Source: a candidate division WOR-3 bacterium (GTDB lineage Bacteria > Hydrothermota > UBA3072 > WFRC01). From it: a stretch of DNA of 27,783 bases. Position numbers and translations under genes: made by a program. Below, piece after piece: positions 1-8,099 of this stretch. The notes beneath the pieces were generated by a model. It was not told the origin of the DNA. It saw only the letters and a list, made by a program, of their open reading frames with translations, and searched no databases. Every line of letters starts with the position of its first letter. Position 1 is the first letter of the stretch. Where the stretch lies: contig WFRC01000349.1 of NCBI GenBank assembly GCA_015486685.1, forward strand, positions 1 through 27,783, written 5' to 3'.

Positions 1-2
1 AA

Positions 3-1433
3 AGAACCATAAGTTTTTTGTTATCTTATGCGGCAAAAGCCCTTTATCCTGATAGCACATTAAAAATAGAACATTCTTATGGGGATACGCTCTACGGAGA
101 AATTGAACCTATTCCGGAACCCTCTTTCGTTGAAGGAATAAAAGCATTCGTGAATGATTTAATCATTAGGGAAAAAGTGATTGAGAAAGAAGAAATGTCA
201 AAGGAAGATGCTATAAATCTAATGAAAAAAGAAGGAAGATTTGGGGATGTGAAACTTCTCAGGTATTTTTCGCGAGACACAATTTCTATATATAGGATTG
301 ATGATTATTTTGCATACTTTGCAGGTCCATTACTCCCCTCTACAGGTTGGATAAAGGTTTACCACATCATTCCGGAAGACGAAGGTTTTTTGATTGTTTT
401 ACCGCAGAGAGAAGACCCATTGAAACTTGCAGAAATTGATAAAAGGCCTAAATTATTTGAAATATATAAAGAATCAAGGGATTGGGCTGAAATCTTAAAA
501 GTTTCTTATGCAGGAGATGTAAATGAACTTGTCGTTAAGAATCAGATGTCTGAAATGATAAAAATATCAGAGGCACTTCATGAAAAAAAGATCGCTACCA
601 TCTCCGATAAGATAAAACAGCAAATAGATAGGATAAAGGTAATAATGATTGCAGGCCCATCTTCATCAGGGAAAACTACTTTCTCTAAAAGATTAGGTAT
701 CCAGTTAAAAGTCAATGGTATTGAACCATTTACAATTTCTCTTGATGACTATTTTAAGGACAGAGAAGATACACCCAAGGATAAGGCAGGTAAGTATAAT
801 TTTGATAAGTTGGAGGCAGTAGATATTGAGAGATTTAATAGAGATATACAGGAACTTATTCAGGGAAATGAGGTAGAACTTCCTAAGTTTGATTTTGCAC
901 AGGGGAAAAGGTTTAATTCTGGCATAAAAAAACATCTTACGGACAAAGAAATACTAATTGTTGAAGGTATTCACGGACTAAATCCATCCTTGACAATAAA
1001 CATTCCGGGCGATGTAAAGTTTAAGATATATGTAAGTGCTTTAACCCAGATAAATTTAAATGAAATAAACAGAGTGCCAACAAGGGATACAAGACTAATT
1101 AGAAGAATAGTCAGGGATAAACTTTTTAGAGGTAACAGTCCGGTGCAAACTATAGACCGATGGAAAAGTGTAAACAGAGGCGAAGAGATATATATATTTC
1201 CATATCAGGAAGAGGCAGATGAGATGTTTAATTCATCTCTTGTATATGAGTTAAATGTGCTAAAACTGTATGCAGAACCCTACCTTCGTGCCATTGACAG
1301 CAGCGCGCCAGAATATGCAGAGGCACTAAGGTTGATAAACTTCTTGTCCCATTTTATCGGTGTATTCCCGTCTGAGGTCCCCCCAACTTCCATATTAAGA
1401 GAATTTATAGGAGGTAGCAGCTTTGAATACTGA
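3..1433 (+). CDS. Nucleoside (uridine/cytidine) kinase-family protein with N-terminal ThrRS-editing-like domain; 5' end lies outside the window
   Basis: Frame is open to the window edge (RTISFL precedes the TTG at 18). Walker A GPSSSGKTT, SLDDYF and LIVEGIHGL kinase motifs are present. GPLLPSTGWIK resembles ThrRS GPHVPSTG. Confidence 0.85.
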   Translation, partial: RTISFLLSYAAKALYPDSTLKIEHSYGDTLYGEIEPIPEPSFVEGIKAFVNDLIIREKVIEKEEMSKEDAINLMKKEGRFGDVKLLRYFSRDTISIYRIDDYFAYFAGPLLPSTGWIKVYHIIPEDEGFLIVLPQREDPLKLAEIDKRPKLFEIYKESRDWAEILKVSYAGDVNELVVKNQMSEMIKISEALHEKKIATISDKIKQQIDRIKVIMIAGPSSSGKTTFSKRLGIQLKVNGIEPFTISLDDYFKDREDTPKDKAGKYNFDKLEAVDIERFNRDIQELIQGNEVELPKFDFAQGKRFNSGIKKHLTDKEILIVEGIHGLNPSLTINIPGDVKFKIYVSALTQINLNEINRVPTRDTRLIRRIVRDKLFRGNSPVQTIDRWKSVNRGEEIYIFPYQEEADEMFNSSLVYELNVLKLYAEPYLRAIDSSAPEYAEALRLINFLSHFIGVFPSEVPPTSILREFIGGSSFEY

Positions 1434-1779
1434 ACCGCCAAAGATTGAAAAATACAATTTTGGGACTATTGTTATCGATGGAATCTCGTATCATCAGGAT
1501 ATAATTATTTACCCTGAAGGTGTTTATCACCCCTGGTGGAGGAAAGAAGGGCATAAACTTTTTATGCAGGATATCTCCCCTATCCAGGATATTCAACTAA
1601 ATGTATTAATTATTGGAACAGGCGCATTCGGAATGATGAAGGTACCAGAAAATGTGCAAAACGAAATTAAAAAAATGGTAAAGGAGTTAAAAATCCTGAA
1701 AACAGGAGAAGCAATAAAGTTGTATAATAAAATAAAAGACCAGCAGAGGGTTTCTGCCGCACTCCACTTAACCTGCTAA
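1423..1779 (+). CDS. Mth938-like domain protein
   Basis: YNFGTIVIDG, WWRKEGH, LIIGTG and C-terminal AALHLTC motifs. TTG start with AGGAGGT at 1409-1415 inside the upstream gene, 7 nt before the start. Confidence 0.85.
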   Translation: MNTEPPKIEKYNFGTIVIDGISYHQDIIIYPEGVYHPWWRKEGHKLFMQDISPIQDIQLNVLIIGTGAFGMMKVPENVQNEIKKMVKELKILKTGEAIKLYNKIKDQQRVSAALHLTC

Positions 1780-1782
1780 AAT

Positions 1783-2721
1783 ATGCCTAAAACACCTGTT
1801 ATAGACCTACATTGCGATGTTCTAACAAAATCCCTGTTAATATTCAGGAAAAGATTAACAGTGACACCTGAATCATTGAAAAAAGGAAATGTAGGTGCTC
1901 AGGTTTTTGCATTATTTGTGCATCCAAAGATAAGAAAAACTAAAAATCTTGTATTCAGAGAGATAGCAATCTTCCAAAGGATTATGGAAAGAAACCAAGA
2001 AACCCTGAAATATATAATTAAAACTCAGGACATTGAAAGAGTTTATAAAGAAGGGAAAACTGCCGCAATCCTTGCAGTTGAAGGCGGCAATATTATTGAG
2101 AATCTGGATGATTTAAGATTTTTTGCAAATATGGGGATTCTATATCTCACTATTACATGGAATTATCATAATAGATGGGCAGATGCGGCATTCCCAAAAA
2201 TACCCGAACACAATGGATTAAGCAATGAAGGTAAAAAACTCATAATGGAAATGGAAAGATATAGGATTTTACCTGACGTCTCCCATTGCTCGGAAAAAAC
2301 ATTTTATGATATAATTGATAATACTAATATGCCTGTAATTGCAAGCCATTCAAATGCTCATAAACTTTTCAATCATTTCAGAAACCTAAAAGATAGGCAA
2401 ATTAAAGAGATTGGTAAGAAAGGAGGAATAATTGGGGTAAATTTCTATTGTGGGTTTCTTAATGGAAGGAAAAAATGCACTATAGATGATGTTGTTGAAC
2501 ATATAAAATATATTGCTGATATGGGTGGAATAGAAATTGTTGGCATTGGCTCTGATTTTGATGGAATAACCGCAGTTCCGGAAGGTCTGGAGTCTCCGGA
2601 GAAATATCCTCTATTGGCAGAAAAATTGCTGAAAAATGGGTTTTCAGAAGGAGATGTCTCTGAAATATTCTATAAAAATGCATTAAGGGTGTTCAAAAAG
2701 GCAAAAAAGATAAATGGGTAA
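1783..2721 (+). CDS. Membrane dipeptidase (peptidase M19, amidohydrolase fold)
   Basis: IDLHCD, AVEG, DVSH, ASHSNA, RNL and GIGSDFDG motifs. Confidence 0.9.
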   Translation: MPKTPVIDLHCDVLTKSLLIFRKRLTVTPESLKKGNVGAQVFALFVHPKIRKTKNLVFREIAIFQRIMERNQETLKYIIKTQDIERVYKEGKTAAILAVEGGNIIENLDDLRFFANMGILYLTITWNYHNRWADAAFPKIPEHNGLSNEGKKLIMEMERYRILPDVSHCSEKTFYDIIDNTNMPVIASHSNAHKLFNHFRNLKDRQIKEIGKKGGIIGVNFYCGFLNGRKKCTIDDVVEHIKYIADMGGIEIVGIGSDFDGITAVPEGLESPEKYPLLAEKLLKNGFSEGDVSEIFYKNALRVFKKAKKING

Positions 2722-2806
2722 ATTAGTTAAAAAAACAGGTTAAGGTTGAGGTTAAGAAAAGATTAGTGAATGAGTAGACGAGAGAAAGAATAGGGGCTTC
2801 CAATAT

Positions 2807-2843
2807 TGTCATTGCGAGCGACCAACGGGAGCGTGGCAATCTC
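2807..2843 (+). repeat. GTCA/CGTC-type REP-like palindrome
   Basis: TGTCATTGCGAGCGACCAACGGGAGCGTGGCAATCTC. The first 30 nt are identical to 13840-13869, and ATTGC/GCAAT form an outer stem. Confidence 0.85.
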
Positions 2844-2941
2844 ACAGGTGGGGTTGAGTAGTTTGGAGTGCATTCACCGTGCGAATGCGTTGTTGTCTGT
2901 TAAATCCGCATTCTCACTTCCGCATTCCGCATTAGTTTGAA

Positions 2942-3047
2942 CACGAGACACGGTCACGAAACACGGTTTTTATTACTTCCCATTTTTCAGTTCCTACTTC
3001 TTACTTCCCAGTTTATCTGGGAGTAGGAGGGGCTTCCCAGCCCCGAT
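2942..3047 (+). repeat. 106-nt dispersed repeat, copy 1 (ends in a GTAG-type palindrome)
   Basis: 99/106 identical, gap-free, to 24876-24981 by manual count. A partial inverted copy lies at 13497-13559. Confidence 0.92.
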
Positions 3048-3206
3048 GATTCCTTAATTTCCTTCCCTCTAAAATCGGGGAAGGATAAAGGGAGGGTGTC
3101 TTATGTTTCTTGAATTTTGTAATTTGTAAGACTGACCCCGATGTTCACTCTCATTAGTTCTTTCTTGTCATTCTGAGCCATCGGCGAAGAATCTCTGCTG
3201 AACCTG

Positions 3207-3260
3207 TTTCAACATCTTATTATTACCATAGTGTCACAGAGTCAAGCACCGTCCCCATTT
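3207..3260 (+). repeat. 54-nt dispersed repeat ending GTCAAGCACCGTCCCCATTT
   Basis: 51/54 identical to 8434-8487. The neighbouring block 3146-3195 is 43/50 identical to 8312-8361. Confidence 0.9.
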
Positions 3261-3294
3261 TTCAAAATATTTCACATTGCCAAGCCAAAAATGC

Positions 3295-3355
3295 AAAAAA
3301 TACAAATATATGGTAAAAAAATACATAAATATGAAAAAAAATACATAAAATATTG
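3295..3355 (+). repeat. Triple direct repeat AAAAAATACA upstream of the TPR/ATPase operon promoter
   Basis: TACA cores at 3301, 3322 and 3342 (spacing 21 and 20), ending at TTGACA 3353. Confidence 0.7.
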
Positions 3356-3393
3356 ACAAAAGGACTTGATTTTTTTTTAAATTATCTTATCTT
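3353..3393 (+). promoter_or_regulatory. Candidate sigma70 promoter(s) of the TPR/ATPase operon
   Basis: TTGACA at 3353-3358 with TAAATT at 3378-3383 (19-nt spacer), or TTGATT at 3366-3371 with TATCTT at 3388-3393 (16-nt spacer). Confidence 0.5.
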
Positions 3394-3411
3394 AGATTAA
3401 GATGGTGAAAT

Positions 3412-4416
3412 ATGGATAATAAGAAGATTGAAAAAATTATAGAATTAAAGAAAAGGCTTATTGCAAAGCCTGATACCAACGATTTGTTAGAACTTGCTTG
3501 CCTATGGAGAGATGTAGGATTAAACAAAAAGGCAACTCAATGTTTTCTTGATTACCTTGATTCAGTCAAAGAATTAAAAAAAACCAGTGTTTTAAGTTTT
3601 TTTGATGGCACATTAGGAAAATATAAAGATGAAATAGCCCAATTTTTTGCACAGGGTGGAAAAGCAGGCAAAGAGGATGAATTTGACGGTGAATCACTAC
3701 TTGAAATGGCAAACCTTCTTTATGAGATTGGTTCACCTGAAGAGGCGAAACAAAATTATATAAGGTCTTTTGATGCATTTATTCAAGAGAGAAATGAGGA
3801 TGGGGCAAATAAAACACTTAAAATATTAAAAGATAGATACCCAGATGAAAAAGAGGTTCAAAAGATGAAAATCACCATATCTCCCGAAGTAGATAAAGAA
3901 AAACTTACATATTTTGTAAAGGCGTTGGACGAAAAAGACAAAATTGATAATAGTGGAGAGCTTTATTATATTGCAGGGATTCTTTTCAGAGATAATGGGT
4001 TAAGAGATGACGCAATAGAACAATTAGAGCAGGGTATCTCAATAGACTCTCCTTTCAGGGTTAAATCCGCTATGGCTCTTGCCCAGTTATATGAAGATAT
4101 GGACGATATAATCAGCAGTAAACAAATTTTAGAAAAAGCCTTGAATTTTCCTGTTACTGAAAAGGAGAAACTTCCTTTATATTATAAAATGGCAAATATT
4201 CTGGAAAAAGAAGGAGATATTGAGGGTGCAAAAAAATATTATCAAATAATATATAAAATGAACCCTGCATATCTCGATATAAGAGAAAAAATTGAGGTAA
4301 AAAAACCAGAAGAAGTAGTGAAAAAGATTATTCCGCAAGAAGTGGAAGAAGAACCTGAGCCTGTAACTGCTGGTGTTGAATCTATTCCACAAAAAGAAAG
4401 AATAGAATTTCTATAG
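3412..4416 (+). CDS. TPR protein, short paralog of the 654-aa SgmX-like protein
   Basis: TPR-like helices. YYIAGILFRDNGLRDDAIEQLE aligns with HYDLGITYKEMGLIDEAIHEFE of 5249-7213. Ends KERIEFL. Confidence 0.8.
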   Translation: MDNKKIEKIIELKKRLIAKPDTNDLLELACLWRDVGLNKKATQCFLDYLDSVKELKKTSVLSFFDGTLGKYKDEIAQFFAQGGKAGKEDEFDGESLLEMANLLYEIGSPEEAKQNYIRSFDAFIQERNEDGANKTLKILKDRYPDEKEVQKMKITISPEVDKEKLTYFVKALDEKDKIDNSGELYYIAGILFRDNGLRDDAIEQLEQGISIDSPFRVKSAMALAQLYEDMDDIISSKQILEKALNFPVTEKEKLPLYYKMANILEKEGDIEGAKKYYQIIYKMNPAYLDIREKIEVKKPEEVVKKIIPQEVEEEPEPVTAGVESIPQKERIEFL

Positions 4417-4424
4417 GGGGATAA

Positions 4425-5246
4425 ATGGATTACGAAAGATTTTATGGATTTACGCGAGAACCATTCTCAGATATTCCTGACCCATCTCTTTTCTACAGTG
4501 GTCCCGAACATACACGGGCTTTTATAAAAATATTACATATTGCAAAAAGGAACAGGGGATTGGGTGTTCTTATAGGGGATGTAGGTACGGGGAAAACAAC
4601 CCTTTCAAGGAAGATATTAAAAGAACTTCAGTCAGATGGTAAATTTGAGGCAGGACTCCTTGTTCTTACGCACTCTGATTTCACAATGGTATGGTTTTTG
4701 AAAAAAATTTCCGCCCTGTTAAATATAGAAACAAATTCAGAGGATAAAACTGCATTGATGTCTTTAATTACGAAAAAACTCTATGAAGTTTATGAAACAA
4801 ACAAGAGGGTTGTCCTTATTGTGGACGAAGCAAATAAAATTAAGAGTGAAGCACTACTGGAAGAAATCAGAGGACTATTAAACCTGGAATTGTCTACGGG
4901 AAGGCTGGTCACATTTATAATGAGCGGTATGCCTGAACTTTTAACAAATTTGAAACAAAATGAATCAATGGCACAAAGAATTTCAACGGTAGTTAAACTT
5001 GTTCCACTTTCAGCCACCTCGGCAAAGGAGTATATTAGATATAGAATCAAGAATGTAGGAGTAAATAACGATATATTTTCAGATACCGCCTATGATTTGA
5101 TATATAAATTTAGCAAAGGAAGACCCAGAATTATAAATGTAATATGTGATAATGCTTTATTGGAGGGGGCATTAATGAAAAAGAAAAACCTTGATGCCGC
5201 AGTTATCGAATCAGTGGTAGGAGAAATGGGAATTGAAGGAGGATAA
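4425..5246 (+). CDS. ExeA/GspA-like AAA ATPase (short form, no peptidoglycan-binding domain), copy 1
   Basis: N-terminal F..EPFS..PD, Walker A GDVGTGKTT, Walker B LIVDEAN, QRI and G.PR.IN.ICDNALL motifs. Confidence 0.9.
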   Translation: MDYERFYGFTREPFSDIPDPSLFYSGPEHTRAFIKILHIAKRNRGLGVLIGDVGTGKTTLSRKILKELQSDGKFEAGLLVLTHSDFTMVWFLKKISALLNIETNSEDKTALMSLITKKLYEVYETNKRVVLIVDEANKIKSEALLEEIRGLLNLELSTGRLVTFIMSGMPELLTNLKQNESMAQRISTVVKLVPLSATSAKEYIRYRIKNVGVNNDIFSDTAYDLIYKFSKGRPRIINVICDNALLEGALMKKKNLDAAVIESVVGEMGIEGG

Positions 5247-5248
5247 GG

Positions 5249-7213
5249 ATGGCTAAAGCAGATACTGTATCTTCTCTCAAAATTAAGGCAAAGGCATCAA
5301 TCTCAAAAGGAGATTATAAAACAGCAATTGCCTTATATGAAAAGATTATAGGTATCGCCTCTGATGACCCAAATATACTTAATGAAATGGGGGAATTATA
5401 CAGGAAAGCAGGAAAAAGCGAAAAAGCAAAAGAAACCTTCTGGAAGGCACTCGAACAGTATAAAAAACTTGATTATTACACAAACGCAATTGCCATTGCC
5501 CAAAAACTTTTGAAATTAGGTGCAGACCAATTAGAACTGTATTCTACCCTTGGTGAGTTATACGACAAACAGGGATTAATAGGTGATGCATTATCTTCAT
5601 ATAACGAACTTGCAGAAAGGTTTAGGCTCGAAGGGGATATGGGAGGGGTTCTGGAAACATACAAAAAGATGGTCAATCTTACACCAAAAAAGATTGATAT
5701 AAGAATGAAATTAGTAGACCTATTCCTTGCCCAGAAGATGCAAGACAATGCAATAGACCAATTAGAACAAATAGAGAAGATATTCAGAGAACAGGGCAGA
5801 GTTGATGATGCAGATGGCATTAGAATGAGAATTTCTTCATTATCAGGAAAAGCCCCAAAGGTTGAAGAAAAAACAAAACCGAAGAAACAAGCACCTGTTA
5901 AAGAAGAAAAAACGCCTGAACCCGAAGAAATCGTTTTTGAACAGACAGCAGGACCAGAGATATTTGAAGAGACACTTACATCCGAAGAAATCCAGGAGTC
6001 TCTGGAACAAGCAATATCTACATCTGCTTCTGAGAAAGCAGAAAAGGAAGCAGAAGAAAAGGTCCCTGTACCCCAGAGTGAATTAACAGAAAACTTATCG
6101 GATTGGTCAAATTGGGTAGGACTTGCTGACCTCTATATGTCTGTTGGCTCTCTGGATGAAGCAATTGAATATTATTATAAGGCTGCGGATGCCTATTTTG
6201 ATGAAAAGGATTATGAAAATGCACTCCCTATATATAATAAAATTGCAGAATTGAAACCATTTGAATTAATGCCGAGGCAGAAGATTATTCAGATAGCCAC
6301 GAAACTAAACAATAGAAAACTTGCAGTAGAAGGATATATAAGTCTCGCTGATTGTTTAAGCAGAAGGGGTGCAAAGATTGAATCTATAAATGCATTAAAT
6401 AGGGCATTAAAACTTGCTCCAAAAAATACAGAGATAAGGGAAAAAATTAGAGAATTAGAAGGAAAAGCACCCTCTCCACCACCACCTAAAAAAACAGAAA
6501 AGCCTGAACAAAAAAAGAAAGAGAAAGTTGAATCCATTATAAGTTTTGATGATTTGCTTAAAGAAGAGGTTAAACCGAAACCGAAATTTACTGTTGAAGA
6601 TAAGAAGGAAGTAAAGGCAGGAGAGCAATTTTATGATTTAAACGAATTACTTGATGAATTTAAGGAAGGCGTTTTCCAGAACATTTCAAAAGAGGATTTT
6701 ACAAGCCACTATGATTTAGGAATTACTTACAAAGAAATGGGATTGATTGATGAAGCAATTCACGAGTTTGAAATTGCGTCTGCCGGGAAACGAGAAAAAT
6801 TAAAATCACTTGAAATGCTGGCTGTATGTTTTGAAGAAAAGGGGAATATAGACAAGGCAGAAAAACTTTACTTAAAAGGACTTGCAACCGAAGGATATAA
6901 ACCCGAGGAATATTTAGGGTTTCACTATCGTTTAGGTGTTTTATATCAAAATCAAAAAAGGTTTGAAGAGGCATTAAAAGAATTTGGAAAAGTCATTGAA
7001 ATTGAGCCAACATTTAGAGATATCAAAAAGAGATTGCAAAATATAAGGTCTCAGGTACCTCCTAAAATTGAGAAGAAAAAAGAAGTGCAAGAAACTCCAG
7101 AAGAGAATATTTTAGAACAAATGAGAGAAGAAATTGCAGAAGGTCTAGATGAAAAGAAAGAGGAAGGTAAGACTAAAAAGAAGTCCAAAAAAGATAGAAT
7201 TTCCTATGTATAA
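5249..7213 (+). CDS. Large TPR protein, SgmX-like (three TPR clusters joined by charged linkers)
   Basis: N-terminal, middle and C-terminal TPR clusters separated by Glu/Lys/Pro-rich linkers. HYDLGITYKEMGLIDEAIHEFE matches the motif I recall from SgmX-type proteins (not database-checked). Ends KDRISYV. Confidence 0.75.
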   Translation: MAKADTVSSLKIKAKASISKGDYKTAIALYEKIIGIASDDPNILNEMGELYRKAGKSEKAKETFWKALEQYKKLDYYTNAIAIAQKLLKLGADQLELYSTLGELYDKQGLIGDALSSYNELAERFRLEGDMGGVLETYKKMVNLTPKKIDIRMKLVDLFLAQKMQDNAIDQLEQIEKIFREQGRVDDADGIRMRISSLSGKAPKVEEKTKPKKQAPVKEEKTPEPEEIVFEQTAGPEIFEETLTSEEIQESLEQAISTSASEKAEKEAEEKVPVPQSELTENLSDWSNWVGLADLYMSVGSLDEAIEYYYKAADAYFDEKDYENALPIYNKIAELKPFELMPRQKIIQIATKLNNRKLAVEGYISLADCLSRRGAKIESINALNRALKLAPKNTEIREKIRELEGKAPSPPPPKKTEKPEQKKKEKVESIISFDDLLKEEVKPKPKFTVEDKKEVKAGEQFYDLNELLDEFKEGVFQNISKEDFTSHYDLGITYKEMGLIDEAIHEFEIASAGKREKLKSLEMLAVCFEEKGNIDKAEKLYLKGLATEGYKPEEYLGFHYRLGVLYQNQKRFEEALKEFGKVIEIEPTFRDIKKRLQNIRSQVPPKIEKKKEVQETPEENILEQMREEIAEGLDEKKEEGKTKKKSKKDRISYV

Positions 7214-8028
7214 TGGATTATGAATCTTTTTTTAGTCTAAAAGAAAAACCATTCTCTACCTCCCCTGATGAAAGATTTTATTATGATAGTCCTCAACATT
7301 CAAAAGTAATCTTAAAACTTTTACACACAGCTGAGGAATCCCTCGGGTTAGGCGTACTTATTGGTGATATAGGCGCAGGAAAAACCACTATTTCAAGAAG
7401 GATGCTGGATATCCTCTCATCCAAGGATAATTTTGAGGTAGCCTTACTGGTAATTATTCATTCAGAGATTACTTCTGTATGGTTTTTAAAAAAGATTGCG
7501 TTTCAATTGGGGGTTGAAAAGAATTCGGACAATAAAGTCTCACTTGTTACGATGATTTATAAACAACTATCTCAAATATATGAAAATAATAAAAAAACAG
7601 TAGTAATGATAGATGAAGCCAATATGTTAAAGAATAAAGAGATTTTTGAAGAAATGAGGGGGCTATTAAATATTGAAGTGGAAGGAAAACACCTCATTAC
7701 ATTTATACTCTTTGGTTTAACTGAACTTGAAGAAAATCTAAAATTGGATGAGCCTTTACATCAGAGAATAGCCATCCGATGCAAATTGGAGCCATTGGAT
7801 TTAGAATCTACTAATGCATATATTAACCACAGATTGAAAGTGGCAGGCAGAGAAGAACTACTTTTTGAAAAAGGTGCCGTGCAAAGTATTTATCAATATT
7901 CTGATGGAAAGCCAAGACTGATAAATATAATCTGTGAGAATGCACTTCTTGAAGGATTTTTAACAAAGAAACACATCATAAACGAAGATATAATAGAATC
8001 TGTTGTTCAGGATTTGGGTCTAAAATAA
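7213..8028 (+). CDS. ExeA/GspA-like AAA ATPase (short form), copy 2
   Basis: Walker A GDIGAGKTT and Walker B MIDEAN. The start overlaps the upstream stop (TAATG). Collinear with 4425-5246. Confidence 0.9.
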   Translation: MDYESFFSLKEKPFSTSPDERFYYDSPQHSKVILKLLHTAEESLGLGVLIGDIGAGKTTISRRMLDILSSKDNFEVALLVIIHSEITSVWFLKKIAFQLGVEKNSDNKVSLVTMIYKQLSQIYENNKKTVVMIDEANMLKNKEIFEEMRGLLNIEVEGKHLITFILFGLTELEENLKLDEPLHQRIAIRCKLEPLDLESTNAYINHRLKVAGREELLFEKGAVQSIYQYSDGKPRLINIICENALLEGFLTKKHIINEDIIESVVQDLGLK

Positions 8029-8063
8029 ATCTTATGATTTTTTATTTTATCTTCATTTTTTTC

Positions 8064-8093
8064 TTGACAAAATTTTAAAAAACTTTATATATT
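8064..8093 (+). promoter_or_regulatory. Near-consensus sigma70 promoter with no adjacent ORF
   Basis: TTGACA at 8064-8069, 18-nt spacer, TATATT at 8088-8093, AT-rich upstream sequence. Confidence 0.65.
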
Positions 8094-8099
8094 AGAAGA

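Larger units (their letters stand above)
2722..3290. repeat. Intergenic mosaic of short palindromic elements and degenerate tandem repeats
   Basis: Contains GTCA-type palindromes (2807-2843, 3167-3195), a GTAG-type palindrome (3023-3047), 7-mer runs (CCGCATT) and blocks shared with the 8.2-8.6, 13.4-13.9 and 24.7-25.2 kb gaps. Confidence 0.9.

Noticed and set aside
4425-8028. ExeA-like ATPases as evidence for a type II secretion system here
   Set aside because: There are no gspC-M or exeB genes in the window, and the proteins lack the peptidoglycan-binding extension.
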